Positions 50,929 to 61,801 are shown, numbered from the stretch's first letter. The stretch: DNA of 64,000 bases from Candidatus Poribacteria bacterium (GCA_965198175.1 OZ240245.1:2080001-2144000); one strand, 5' to 3'. The notes: generated by a model not told the origin, from the letters alone. Numbers and translations: made by a program.

Positions 50929-51804
50929 GTGAAACATTACGCATCACACATCACAGGCAAAACCAAAATCGTTGGGGTAATAGGCGATCCGGTCGAGCAC
51001 AGTTGCTCGCCACAAATGCACAATGCCGCTTTTACTGCATTAGGTCTGGATTATGTTTACGTCCCTTTTCACGTCCGACCGAATGATTTGTGTGTTGCTA
51101 TTGAGGGGTTCAAAGCGACTAGCATCCTCGGAGTGAATGTTACTGTTCCCTACAAACAGCGTGTGATTCCATTCCTTGACCGGATATCTCAAGAAGCAAC
51201 ACTGATTGGTGCTGTTAACACGCTAATTTTTGAACAAGGAAAAATTATCGGCGAAAATACAGATGCGTCCGGCTTTTTACAAGCGATGTGGCACGAAGGG
51301 TTTGAGGTGTCCCGAAATGGTTCTGCTGTCGTGATTGGAGCGGGCGGATCGGCACGAGCAATTGTTGTAGCGCTCGCCCGTGCCAACCTGCAATCCATAA
51401 TCATCGCCAATCGTACCGCACCCAAAGCCATTGCGCTTGCTACAAGTCTTTCAGAGAAAACAAGGGTGAAAATTAGTGGGATGGGACTTGATGATGCGAA
51501 GCTACCAGACACAGTGTCGATGAGTCAGTTAATAGTCAATACCGCCTCCGCAAGTATGGATATTTCGCACCCGCTTTTGATTCGACCCGAGTGGTTAACT
51601 CCGCAGTCCATCGTTTACGATATCATCTACACACCCCTTGAAACTCGCTTGTTGCAAGCGGCAGCAAAACGGGGATGTCACACAATTGATGGCCTTGGGA
51701 TGCTTCTTTACCAAGGAGCAATTGCTTTTGAAAGGTGGACACAAATTCCACCGCCCATTGAGACAATGAGGTGTGCACTTCAACAGGCGTTGGATCAAAT
51801 GTAG
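50929..51804 (+). CDS. aroE: Shikimate dehydrogenase
   Basis: GDPVEHSCSP, NVTVPYK, GAVNT, NTD, GAGGSARA, DIIYTP, GLGMLLYQG. Confidence 0.97.
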   Translation: MKHYASHITGKTKIVGVIGDPVEHSCSPQMHNAAFTALGLDYVYVPFHVRPNDLCVAIEGFKATSILGVNVTVPYKQRVIPFLDRISQEATLIGAVNTLIFEQGKIIGENTDASGFLQAMWHEGFEVSRNGSAVVIGAGGSARAIVVALARANLQSIIIANRTAPKAIALATSLSEKTRVKISGMGLDDAKLPDTVSMSQLIVNTASASMDISHPLLIRPEWLTPQSIVYDIIYTPLETRLLQAAAKRGCHTIDGLGMLLYQGAIAFERWTQIPPPIETMRCALQQALDQM

Positions 51805-51827
51805 AATGTTCTTCCTTACAGGTGATT

Positions 51828-52184
51828 ATGAAAGCTTCAGATTCTTCTCCTTCTACAACATCAGCGTCTGCTTCATCAATTAAGGTGAGTATTCTCAATA
51901 CGCAATACACAATTAAGCAGACCGATAACTTAACAGAAGATAATATTCGTGCGTTAGCCGAGCACGTGGATCGGATGATGCAGCAATTCCGCAAAAAAGG
52001 CCACGATGATATCAGTGTAGCGACTATGGCTGCTCTGAATATCGCCGCACAAATGTATGGCGAACAGAGGCGATCTGCTGATACAATTCGTCACCTCACA
52101 CAAATTTTAGATGAAGCGATGGATAACGATGCAGTGCCCGGCACGCAGCGTGCAAATTCGACAGAAGGTTCATCCCACCCATAG
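51828..52184 (+). CDS. zapA: Cell division protein ZapA
   Basis: KVSILNTQYTI, LAEHVDRMM, ATMAALNIA pattern. Confidence 0.85.
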   Translation: MKASDSSPSTTSASASSIKVSILNTQYTIKQTDNLTEDNIRALAEHVDRMMQQFRKKGHDDISVATMAALNIAAQMYGEQRRSADTIRHLTQILDEAMDNDAVPGTQRANSTEGSSHP

Positions 52185-52271
52185 TCAATCTTAGCGAACC
52201 TTCCTACGAGAAGATGGGAAACTTGGAAGATTACTCCTCCCCTCCGTTCAATTACCTTCCTCTCTTTGCCC

Positions 52272-52931
52272 TTAACGGATGACAACGAGATGTCGAATTC
52301 GTTCCAGAGTTTTGTCGCCGATTCCTCTCACCTTGGCGAGATCGTCAGCGCTTGAAAAGGAGCCATGGGTTTCGCGGTATTCAATGATGCGTTGTGCTAT
52401 TACAGGGCCAATTCGTGGAAGGGTTTGCAATTGTTCCAATGCGGCAACATTGGGATTGATGAGCGATTTTTGCTCGGGTATGAGCGGATTGGATGCAGGA
52501 GAATGGGATAAGGTTTGCGTTACATCGACCGAAGGCGACGGGAGTTGGCGCGATTCCGGCACATAGATCCGCTGACCGTCGCTGACTTTCGCAGCTAGAT
52601 TGAGTTGGTGAATATCAGCTCTTTCAGTAGCCCCGCCCGCTTTCTCTATAGCCCTTTCGACGCGTGCGCCTAGCGAAAGACGATATACTCCCGGTGACTG
52701 AACGGCACCGGCCACATGGACGACAATCTCTGCAGGTGAGTTTGACAAACTTGGTGCGTCTGGATTCGATTGTTCCGCGGGTGAAGCACGCTCGTGGTTG
52801 ACGATGAGATCCGGTTCACCAAGGAAAAGCACCGGGTAAAAACGTCTTAGCATCCAGTATCCACTTCCCACGAGTATCACGACGACTAAAAAAATGAGGA
52901 CATTTCGATATTGTTGGTCCAGGGTGTTCAT
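52272..52931 (-). CDS. comEA: ComEA-family DNA-binding protein
   Basis: N-terminal TM, SLBB VHVAGAVQSPGVY, NLAAKVSDG, HhH LPRIGP and VRGIGDKT. Confidence 0.93.
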   Translation of the reverse strand: MNTLDQQYRNVLIFLVVVILVGSGYWMLRRFYPVLFLGEPDLIVNHERASPAEQSNPDAPSLSNSPAEIVVHVAGAVQSPGVYRLSLGARVERAIEKAGGATERADIHQLNLAAKVSDGQRIYVPESRQLPSPSVDVTQTLSHSPASNPLIPEQKSLINPNVAALEQLQTLPRIGPVIAQRIIEYRETHGSFSSADDLAKVRGIGDKTLERIRHLVVIR

Positions 52932-53005
52932 TTTGATCTAACGGTCATACTAGCTTGGAAAACCTTGATAGGTTATAGAAGCAGCGACTGTTTTCTTCAA
53001 CGCCG

Positions 53006-54196
53006 TTACGAGCTACTACCTTTCTGTTTCGAAGGTGCCGACAGATTTAGCAAACGCGAATAGAGCAATTCAGTCAATCGGATGTTTTTTTTGGCACCGA
53101 ACAGTTGTTCTGCTCTTGCACGTCCTGCATGTCCCATCTGCCTCGAAAGTTCCCGATCTTCTGCGAGCAGCGCAATTGCCTCGGCAAACGCTTTGGCATT
53201 CTCTGGGGGAACGAAAACCCCGGTTTCTGGTGTAACTAGTTCTTGGCTACCCCCGAGGGGTGTAGTGACTACAGGTTTACCAGCTGCCATCGATTCAATA
53301 ATCATGCGAGGACAAGCTTCGGGGATAATCGAAGGGAGCAGCATCATATCAAGGAGGGCTGTTATCGCGCGCGTATCTGCCAGAAATCCAGTGAAAATCA
53401 CGAAATCCGCGAGTCCCAACTTACTAATTCGGGTTTTTAGACGATCAAGGTAATCTATATCTTTTGGAAAGTATGGCTTCCCCACAATTATCAGTTTGAT
53501 TCGGTGTTGCTTTTTGAGTTCCGCCATTGCCTCAATCAAGAAGTGAATTCCTTTCTCGAATGTAATACGGGTCACAATCCCCACCAATATGTCCTCACGG
53601 TTGAGATTTAGATTCGATCGCACAGCTTCCACTTCCGCCGTTGCGGTGTTAGGCACGTCTAGTTCAACACCATTATATATGAGCACCTGCTTGGACTGGG
53701 CTGCAAAATTCCAACGGGTCGCTTTTGAAACTAGTATAACGCTATCCACTAACTTCTCACCCATCCGATCGAATAGCCCATACGATGTGGCGTACCGTTT
53801 GTGCATGATAATCGGAATACCGCTGAATTTTGCGGCAGCCCCACCAATCAAAGCCGTTGCCAGGGAATTCGCATGGATGAGATTCACTCGCTTTTCTTTA
53901 ATCACTCGCAGAAGCTGGAGGACAGCCGCAATAAACTCTAAATCGCTGATGAGGTCTTCGAAAGTGAAACGGCGGTGGATGTCCGTCTTTTCATGCGGTG
54001 CTGGAAGTTTGAGCGGAATAACCGCATGCTCTTCCTTCCGTGCTTCCGCTGCAAGCGCACTATCCGGCAAACAACCGACAACTGGGGAAAATCGCGTCTT
54101 GTCCAGATATTTGAGGAGAAGCAGTAAGCTGCGCTGTCCTCCACCAATGCCCGATCCACTATCTAGATACAAGATGTTATACTGCTTGGATTTCAT
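53006..54196 (-). CDS. Glycosyltransferase family 4
   Basis: GGGQRSL, IHANS, IYNGV, KG, EACPRMIIESMAAGKPVV. Confidence 0.92.
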   Translation of the reverse strand: MKSKQYNILYLDSGSGIGGGQRSLLLLLKYLDKTRFSPVVGCLPDSALAAEARKEEHAVIPLKLPAPHEKTDIHRRFTFEDLISDLEFIAAVLQLLRVIKEKRVNLIHANSLATALIGGAAAKFSGIPIIMHKRYATSYGLFDRMGEKLVDSVILVSKATRWNFAAQSKQVLIYNGVELDVPNTATAEVEAVRSNLNLNREDILVGIVTRITFEKGIHFLIEAMAELKKQHRIKLIIVGKPYFPKDIDYLDRLKTRISKLGLADFVIFTGFLADTRAITALLDMMLLPSIIPEACPRMIIESMAAGKPVVTTPLGGSQELVTPETGVFVPPENAKAFAEAIALLAEDRELSRQMGHAGRARAEQLFGAKKNIRLTELLYSRLLNLSAPSKQKGSSS

Positions 54197-54419
54197 GACT
54201 CGTAATTTTACTGACGAAAAAAGCGCTGGCGGTCCCGATTTGATTAGCCAAAACGCCGTAAGGCGCATCCTCTAAAAGAACTAACGTATAACAAACGCGT
54301 CGGGTATCACCGGGACCTACACCGATGGCAACAGGTCAATTCCGCCGCAGATATCGTTTAGACGACTGCGCTCCTATCCCATGTCGTTGTAAGTGCAACT
54401 CATGTGTACAATCTAATCC

Positions 54420-54449
54420 TTGACATTTTTAAACGTCTTCGATTATAAT
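54420..54449 (+). promoter_or_regulatory. Putative sigma-70 promoter of the rhodanese gene
   Basis: TTGACA-N18-TATAAT. Confidence 0.7.
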
Positions 54450-54591
54450 TTGGGACGATTTCGTCTTTCAAAAAAATGCTGTTCTAGTTAAACAGCTAAT
54501 TCTATATCAGATTAGAATTGAATTTTGCCGTTGTTATTGAGATCGTAATTGTGTTAGATATCGTGGATGGCCATATTAAGGAGAGAAACCG

Positions 54592-55026
54592 ATGCTGAAG
54601 AGTATTAAAACTGCTTTTCAAAATTTCTTCAACATGCGCTCTGGCAAAGGGCACCTACCTAAAGCTGCGCCGAGCGCAGACGAGGCCATCCTTCCTTTCA
54701 ATCCTGCAGAATATTCCATCTCGCCGCAACGCCTGAAACGTTTAATAGATGAAGGAAGTGATATTGTTCTGTTAGATGTCCGAGAGGAATGGGAGTACCA
54801 AATTGTTCATCTTAATGACGCGAGGTGGATTCCTTTTGGGGAGTTGCCGCAACGAGCTTTCAAGCTTAACCCTTACGCAGAGATTGTCGTTTACTGTCAC
54901 CGAGGGATGCGAAGTCTTGATGCAGCTTACCTTATGCAGCAACTTGGATTCAAAAGAGTCAAGAGTTTGGTTGGTGGAATCGACAAGTGGGCTAGGGAAA
55001 TCGATTCAAATCTGCATCGATATTGA
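54592..55026 (+). CDS. Rhodanese-like protein (MoeZ C-terminal type)
   Basis: LLDVREEWE, VYCHRGMRS, SLVGGIDKW...RY. Confidence 0.93.
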   Translation: MLKSIKTAFQNFFNMRSGKGHLPKAAPSADEAILPFNPAEYSISPQRLKRLIDEGSDIVLLDVREEWEYQIVHLNDARWIPFGELPQRAFKLNPYAEIVVYCHRGMRSLDAAYLMQQLGFKRVKSLVGGIDKWAREIDSNLHRY

Positions 55027-55120
55027 TTAGATCGCACGAAATGCGTGAATTAATAATCTTGCTATTTTAACTTCGCAGGGGAAGACTGTGTTGATGTTTC
55101 GAGTCCTCGTTACCGATCTC

Positions 55121-56110
55121 TTATTCGACTGACGCGGAACGGCGCAAAATCCAACCCCACTCACCGAAAACCCAGCAGCGATCTTTATCCACCGCGTAAA
55201 GGGCGCGAAGAGGAGAGGACACACCGGATTTTTCGGGTGTCCATGTTCCCCCGCCATCGGTTGTGTAAAGGATAGCACCAAAATCGCCTACAGCCCATCC
55301 TGTGTGGTAATCAATGAAGACGATATCGTTCAGGTTGTCGTAGGAATCTGTTTCTTGCTGACTCCAAGTCGCTCCGCCGTCCTGAGTGTGGAGAATCAAA
55401 CCTTCCTGCCCAGCGATCCACCCTATATTTTCATTGATGAAATGCACAGCCATTAGGTTATTACCCACGTTGGACGCTTGATCTTCCCACGTTGTACCGC
55501 CATCTGCCGTACGCTTAATTGTTCCAAAGGAACCAACAATCCATCCGTGTGTTGGCGATACAAAGTGGATGCCTTCAAGATGATTGCGTGTTTCACCTAA
55601 TCGCACGCGATCGCCTTCACCGATCCAGTTTTCACCGCCATCGGTCGTCTTGAGTAACGTATTGTCGGTTCCAACTACAAACCCAAGCTGTTCGTTAATC
55701 AGCCACATATCTATCAGACGAGTCCGGTTGCTCCCTTGTATGTTTTTCCGTTCCCATGTCTTACCGCTGTCCTTTGTCATTAAAATTGTGCCGCGTGCGC
55801 CTATGACGAAACCGACATCTTCATTAAGGAAGTAGACACTCCAGAAATTAATCGGAGCCTCCATCTCAATGACCTGTTTTTTCCATGTTTGTCCACCGTC
55901 TGCGGTGTGCAAGATTAACCCATTAAACCCCACCGCCCAGCCGTGCTCGGCATCGGCAAAGTGCACAGCCTGGAGATCGCCTTCAACTCCATCGTTGCGA
56001 GCAAAATCATCATCTCGAACAATGGTCCACCTACCCCATGCGTTCAAGTTCGCTAGCCAACCCGTAACTGATAAGATGAAAATAATGAAGAAGATTCTTT
56101 TTGAATGCAT
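55121..56110 (-). CDS. Secreted Ycf48/BNR-repeat beta-propeller protein (alternative start 56224)
   Basis: Signal peptide, then repeated GWAVG..G.ILHT.DGG.TW units. Confidence 0.9.
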   Translation of the reverse strand: MHSKRIFFIIFILSVTGWLANLNAWGRWTIVRDDDFARNDGVEGDLQAVHFADAEHGWAVGFNGLILHTADGGQTWKKQVIEMEAPINFWSVYFLNEDVGFVIGARGTILMTKDSGKTWERKNIQGSNRTRLIDMWLINEQLGFVVGTDNTLLKTTDGGENWIGEGDRVRLGETRNHLEGIHFVSPTHGWIVGSFGTIKRTADGGTTWEDQASNVGNNLMAVHFINENIGWIAGQEGLILHTQDGGATWSQQETDSYDNLNDIVFIDYHTGWAVGDFGAILYTTDGGGTWTPEKSGVSSPLRALYAVDKDRCWVFGEWGWILRRSASVE

Positions 56111-56519
56111 CGTAATTCCGCCCTTTCTAGATACTTTTCCCGATCTCTTTCCTGCAGGGATTAGGGAACCGGGGGTTAGGTCCGTGGTACCGATATTGTT
56201 GTCGTAATTTGCTTTTCCGTGCATGAATTTCCTCCTACGAGGGTCGCTTGTTGCAATCCTACGCACGGATTCCTTCTATTCTGCTTTCATCGTCAAACGC
56301 TCGTCCGCGCACTTCCAGCCTGCACGCCTACGATCTTTTCCACTCCGGTTGCTGCTATCAATTTCGCAAGGGATTATACCATTAGCACATGAAAAAATCA
56401 AGGCTTCTTCAGAAAACTTGACACCAGTGTATTGTTGCGAAACCTAAAAATATCCGCAATTAGTAAATCGGGGTTTCATTCCTCTGATGGAATCGTGTAT
56501 AGTTGTCTAGATTTTGGTA

Positions 56520-56548
56520 TTGACAACTTAACTTACTCTGGTTAATAT
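56520..56548 (+). promoter_or_regulatory. Putative sigma-70 promoter of the PhyH gene
   Basis: TTGACA-N17-TAATAT. Confidence 0.6.
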
Positions 56549-56706
56549 GTGGCACAGGAGATATGGCATTACAATCAAATAAATTGCTGCGCAGATTCTC
56601 TCAATACGAAATACGCTCACCGCGTGACCTCAAAGTTTGTGGAGTGCAAAACGCCGCCCGCTGTAGCGTACGGACGTATAAAGTGTTAAGGCGAAGAGGA
56701 TTGACC

Positions 56707-57519
56707 GTGAAGTTATCAGATGATCATCTGAGGATTTTCGAGGAGCAAGGATTTGTCGTCGTCGAGAATTTCTATCCGGAAGAGAAAAGAGCTCGCATTA
56801 TCGCTACTCTCCACAAGACCCTTCCACCTTGGGAGGTTGTTAAAGACCAGCCGCCGGAAACTGGTATGTTGACCGACGACTTTCCGTATTCCGAGATGCT
56901 GTTCAACGAGCTCACTGTTGATCCGGACCTCATCGACTTTGTTCAGCGGGCTCTTGAGACTGAAGACATCCACTTTCGGTATGCTCACAATTGGGTGAAG
57001 TATCCCGGTTGCTCAGCTTTCCCGGAATTGCACATTGATAACGGCAACAACTCGCTGCTTCCTCCCTGCGACGACAAGAGGTACGCGCAGATTAGCTGTT
57101 GGTACTTTCCCGAAGAGGTACGGGCGGACCATGCGCCGATGCAGGTTATTCCTAAGCCATTCGGTAAGGATCTGACCAAGAATGTTTCCCTTGAGCTGCC
57201 GGCTGGAACCCAGATGATCTTCAACACTTATTTATGGCATTCGGCGACAGCCTTTGAGGGCAAGGACATGCAGCGTTATTCCGTCACACGAATCTATGGG
57301 CGTGCTAATCACTATTGGGAGGGTGTGAGCAGTTTCACGAACTTGGGGCGAAACGAGCATTTCAGGCAATTCATCGGCACGCTTACGGCGAGGGAGCGAG
57401 AATATTTCAGATTCCCTCCTGCCAGGCACCCCTATTACACCGGCAAGACACTGGAGCTGCTGGAAGAGCAGTATCCAGGCTGGAACACAGGGGGCGAATA
57501 TACTCCAATGGAAAGTTAA
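56707..57519 (+). CDS. Phytanoyl-CoA dioxygenase (PhyH) family Fe(II)/2OG enzyme
   Basis: FEEQGFVVVENF, LHID (HxD), LWHSA distal His, R. GTG start after GAGGA. Confidence 0.88.
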   Translation: MKLSDDHLRIFEEQGFVVVENFYPEEKRARIIATLHKTLPPWEVVKDQPPETGMLTDDFPYSEMLFNELTVDPDLIDFVQRALETEDIHFRYAHNWVKYPGCSAFPELHIDNGNNSLLPPCDDKRYAQISCWYFPEEVRADHAPMQVIPKPFGKDLTKNVSLELPAGTQMIFNTYLWHSATAFEGKDMQRYSVTRIYGRANHYWEGVSSFTNLGRNEHFRQFIGTLTAREREYFRFPPARHPYYTGKTLELLEEQYPGWNTGGEYTPMES

Positions 57520-57592
57520 TCCAAGCAGCTTTACGTGTAAGCGACACCAGGATCGAACTTGTGACTCAAGTCGAAAAAGAAGGGAAAACATA

Positions 57593-58365
57593 ATGGCGAG
57601 CCAGAACCTTCAAGATCAGATTGTTGGAAATGACCGCGCTTCGATGGTTTTGATTCCCGCTGGTGAATTCCTCATGGGCGCTACTGATGGCGATGATATG
57701 GTTTACACAAGAGAGTTTCAAAAAGAAAAACCGCAGCATGTCGTCTATTTAGATGCTTTCTACATCAATATTTTCCAAGCCACAAATGCCCAATATAAGA
57801 AATTCATGGAGGCTACGGGACACCGAGCGCCAGGGCAATGGAACAAGCCCGAGTTCAACGCACCGAATCATCCTGTTGTCGGCGTGAGTTGGTACGACGC
57901 GGTCGCGTATGCCGAGTGGGCGGGAAAACAACTTCCAACCGAAGCGGAATGGGAAAAGCTGCACGCGGTGGGCTTGTGAACGCGCGATACCCCTGGGGTG
58001 ATAAACCACCAGATGGGATACGGTGCAACTTCAAAGATCGCGACACCGACACGGACATTCTGTACGACGAGACAATTAACGACGGCTACAGGTATGCGGC
58101 TCCTGTTGGGAGTTATCCGCCCAACGGCTATGGGCTCTATGACATGGCGGGTAACGTCTTCGAATGGTGTGCCGATGATCGCATTGACTACGCCCTATCC
58201 CCAAAGCAAAACCCGATTGGTGCGACTGATGGCCCAGGTCGTTCGGTTCGTGGCGGTGATTTTTTGGGACCGATTTTTCACGTGCGCTGTTCTCGCCGCG
58301 GTGCCTGTCCAGCCCGCATCGCCCCAGGCATTACCGGTTTTCGTTGTGTCGTATCGGTTGAATGA
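57593..58365 (+). pseudogene. FGE-sulfatase (SUMF1) domain gene with a 1-nt frameshift
   Basis: MVLIPAGEFLMG...HPVVGVSWYDA..LPTEAEWEK in one frame continues as AARGG..YPWG..PNGYGLYDMAGNVFEW..RGG..GFRC in another. The shift is at gggaaaagct, 57951-57960. Confidence 0.9.
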
Positions 58366-58736
58366 AAGACCGCTTCAAATAGGCGCGAAAAGTGACAGAA
58401 ACAACTCCCCATCAGAGGAAAAAGCGCTTAGCGAAGCGGTGAAAGCCGGTAATGCTGGAAAGGTCAAAAACCAGACCGCCGTCAACTGCTCGTTGGTCTC
58501 GAAACTTAGCGAACCATAGTCAGTCACGAAAGTTTCTACAACATACCGGCGGTCGTCTGCGCGGTAATGAAATACAATCTCGAGCTCATTTCATTCTGCT
58601 TCGAGATTGAAGCTTGGTGAATATCGGCTAGAATCCGGTGATTTTACTTCTTTAACCCAAATTCCCGGTTTCAATAGCTTAGTGGTACTTCATGATACAG
58701 AAAGCGGACTAGGTACAGCTATTGATAGGGTTGAAA

Positions 58737-59582
58737 ATGAGTTATTCCAATAAGAAGTTGGACACCTTCCACGAATCGAGTAGCTGGGACACTTACTGGA
58801 AATGGTATAATCGACTGAATCCGGATGCCAATCCGTGGGAACCTGGCAGGCGTAATCTCTACCGGGGAATCCTCAAGTTGTTCGGCAAGCGTGATGACTG
58901 GGCGTTTTTGGATGCTTCATGTGGCGTTGGTGAGTCTACAGTGTTGCTGGCTTCAGCGGGTATCGACGTAGACGCCTGTGATACCTCCAGTGTGGCGATT
59001 GAGCAGGCGAAACAAAGACTAACTTGTGCCGGATTTGCCGGTAAAGTTTTCGAAGCCAAATGGGAAACGCTGTCAGAGGTAGCGCCGAGGAGATACGATG
59101 TGATTTTAAACGATGCGCTATCGTGGATTGATGGGGTTGAAGCGTTCCAAAAATCACTCGTGGGTTTTCGGCGAATTCTGAAGCCCGGAGGAGTACTTGT
59201 CTTTATCGGTGCAACCAATCGGCATCCGGAACCCGGAACTGGAAAACAGCTCTTGCGCGAAGCTTGGGAGCGGTTTGAGCCGGAACGTTTTAAGCTCGTT
59301 GAATCTCGATTTGAATCAGGATTGTCGGTAAGCCACATAGTGACGCGAGAGTTAGGCTCGGATTTCATTGATGAGCATCATCTGTATCTGATTACGGAAA
59401 GGTGTGCTCCAAGGCTAGAGTTTACCACGATTCGCAAGCCATATACGTGGGACTGGTCAACGCTGGTAGAATCGTTCAAGGAAGCTGGATTTACGAAAAT
59501 CGACTGCGTCGTAGTCGAAATTGAGGGGCAGAATGTAATCCTCAACTTCGCTCGTACTTCAAATGAGTCGCTCAGAAATTGA
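58737..59582 (+). CDS. Class I SAM-dependent methyltransferase (glycine/sarcosine N-MTase-like)
   Basis: FLDASCGVG motif I, ACDTS, YDVI, LKPGGVL, AGF. Confidence 0.88.
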   Translation: MSYSNKKLDTFHESSSWDTYWKWYNRLNPDANPWEPGRRNLYRGILKLFGKRDDWAFLDASCGVGESTVLLASAGIDVDACDTSSVAIEQAKQRLTCAGFAGKVFEAKWETLSEVAPRRYDVILNDALSWIDGVEAFQKSLVGFRRILKPGGVLVFIGATNRHPEPGTGKQLLREAWERFEPERFKLVESRFESGLSVSHIVTRELGSDFIDEHHLYLITERCAPRLEFTTIRKPYTWDWSTLVESFKEAGFTKIDCVVVEIEGQNVILNFARTSNESLRN

Positions 59583-59724
59583 TTGGAAAACTGTTTGCAT
59601 CCTAACCAAAGAGAAATATTAGACATCTTTCCCAAATAAATGTTTCTATAAATTGAACTTTGAAGGTATAATTTCTTTCCTGTCATAACCGATTAATTCA
59701 ATCCCAGAATAGGAGGGAAATCTC

Positions 59725-60166
59725 ATGAGTGTTGCTCAGAAAATCTTTGAACTGTCCGACGAACGCTTTCTCCAAGACGTTAGCATCATCAAATTCGCAG
59801 TTTATCTGGCAGCTCAGCACGAGAAAAACGGAGACTTAAGTCAACCCTTAGCATCGCAGGCCGGCTATTGCTGTCTTTGACCTGCCTCGTTGAGGAGGGG
59901 GGTTGAAAAGGCTTTTGTCGTTATCTGATTGCGTGAAATCATGGGACATACAACAAGAAGGCTACCGATTTGCCGTGCTTGACGCTAGCTCAGACAACTA
60001 CCGACATCCGCTTTATACGGGCTTGCATGTTGCGGATGCAACGATGACGTTTGTAAAAAAAACGAGACCGGTAACCGAAAGGTGCAGGTTGTCAGAATGC
60101 TGAATAGTGGAATCTGTTAAGGAAATTGTGGAAATCCTCCGTGCAGCAAAATGCGAATCCTCCTAA
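59725..60166 (+). pseudogene. Decayed gene with ankyrin-repeat-like fragments
   Basis: Strong AGGAGG-ATG start. Fragments VYLAAQ, YTGLHVA, VQVVRML and KEIVEILRAAK are spread over several frames with stops. Confidence 0.35.
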
Positions 60167-60250
60167 CAACGCAGCCTTGCGCAGCCGCTGGTTTTTCACT
60201 CATCACGCCAATGACCGCTCTCAGATTCCGGCTGAGGTCACAGTCTTCAT

Positions 60251-61465
60251 TCAGCGGTACAATTTCAATAGATGTCTGGCGCGAGAGAGATTTCCCGAGA
60301 ACAGCAAGCCTGAAGCTTTGTCTAAGTCTTTGATGACCAACGAGTTGTCTTGGTATTTATTCTTGAGGAGATAAAGTGCTACGGGAAGCCTCAAATCTGT
60401 CGCGACATATATGAAGGACTTGCCCAGTGCTGTTCTGCTGCGAGATTGAATCATTTCCAGATAGCGATACCCCATCCCTACTGTCGGCTCAATCATAGTT
60501 CCTTCGCCATAGTCATTCCAGGTCACCAGTTGGATAATTTCCGACGCACTGTTGAGTCCTATATCCATGGTGTTTGCAAAGGTCTGACCGTCTTGATCGT
60601 CAAGAAAGCCATAACTTCTGTGTAGCCCAGCATCTTGGTAGATATCGTGGAATTTCGGAAACGCTGCCCCGACGATAGCTCTTCCGTCTTGGCTACTATT
60701 ATAAAGCTGGTCTAGGTATTGATGCCATTGAGAAGGGCTTGTTACCCCGCCGTGCATCGGAGGCCACCCAAATGCACCATCGGCACCTTCTTGTATGCGA
60801 TTGAGCGTGTAGAAGAAAGGGCGTTTGGGTAAAAGGGAGAATAGTTGGTTCCATTGGTCAGCTTGAAAATACTGGGGACCAAATACGAACAATACTGGCC
60901 TAGCATCAACTTTGAGATACCCTTGTGCATTAAACCAGTTTTTCTGTAGAAAGCACATGACCTCCTGACCATGCTTAACCGCGTCTTCTTCAGGGAGGTG
61001 TCCCTCTTGAATCATCTTTCTTATCGTCCGGTCTTCATAACAGATAGCAAATTGCAATCTCGCTTTCTGGAGCTGTTTGATGATATACACCGTGTTACGG
61101 TGGATGGTGGCGTAATCGTAGAAGTTCTCAATGCCGTACCAGTCGATAATGACCCCATCAATACCGGCGAATTTCATCAGAAGAACCTGACATTCGAGGA
61201 CATCGGAATCACTTGAGTCGTATGTACCGATGAGTGGATAGTCGTGGGAGGCGATAGAACGCCTGCCATCTGCATCCACTTTATCCGGGTTGTAATGATT
61301 CATCGTCCAATGCCATCCCCAGTGTCCACTGATCGGTTTGGATGCGTACCAGGGCATATAATGTGCCATGAGTATCTTCTTTCCCGAGGCAGCGCTTGGG
61401 TCTGATGAATTTCCGAAGCGAAGCATTCCGATCATCACTACCGGGATTAGCAAAAGATATTTCAT
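60251..61465 (-). CDS. Secreted glycoside hydrolase family 99/71-like protein
   Basis: AHYMPWY, WGWHW, YPLIGTYDS, AGIDGVIIDWYG, TWNDYGEGTMIEP. Confidence 0.88.
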   Translation of the reverse strand: MKYLLLIPVVMIGMLRFGNSSDPSAASGKKILMAHYMPWYASKPISGHWGWHWTMNHYNPDKVDADGRRSIASHDYPLIGTYDSSDSDVLECQVLLMKFAGIDGVIIDWYGIENFYDYATIHRNTVYIIKQLQKARLQFAICYEDRTIRKMIQEGHLPEEDAVKHGQEVMCFLQKNWFNAQGYLKVDARPVLFVFGPQYFQADQWNQLFSLLPKRPFFYTLNRIQEGADGAFGWPPMHGGVTSPSQWHQYLDQLYNSSQDGRAIVGAAFPKFHDIYQDAGLHRSYGFLDDQDGQTFANTMDIGLNSASEIIQLVTWNDYGEGTMIEPTVGMGYRYLEMIQSRSRTALGKSFIYVATDLRLPVALYLLKNKYQDNSLVIKDLDKASGLLFSGNLSRARHLLKLYR

Positions 61466-61801
61466 CTGATGTTTTTTCAATGATAGCAAAAACGTGGTAG
61501 ACAACGTAGGAGGTTATTCACAGTTGAGCGCTCGTTTCGACAGTGAAGGTGGGCTTATCTTTTACCCAATGGCAGAGGTATGACCAGTGCCACCTCAACC
61601 AAGCCTATGGTGACAAACAGGAAACTTGCTGTTACGGAAAACGCATGATTCCACTTTGAATGAAAGCGGAATAATGAGAAACTGAATTGGCGCGATGGGA
61701 GGACATTTTGCCGAGAATCCTTTTGAGTTAACGTCAAAATTTCAGCTAAGGCTTAGAGGTACTCGGTCACCCTCTGTTTGAATGATACGCAGTAATGCGA
61801 T

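Noticed and set aside
52185..52271. 6S RNA expected downstream of zapA
   Set aside because: Only 87 bp lie before the convergent comEA, which is too short.
53589..54275. Long antisense ORFs (e.g. 53589-54275, 5601-6188, 31327-31824, 58859-59368)
   Set aside because: They lie opposite well-supported genes and have no motifs, so they are shadow ORFs.
57951..57960. Programmed -1 frameshift in the FGE gene
   Set aside because: In the reading frame the site is G_GAA_AAG, not a canonical X_XXY_YYZ heptamer. A simple deletion is more likely.
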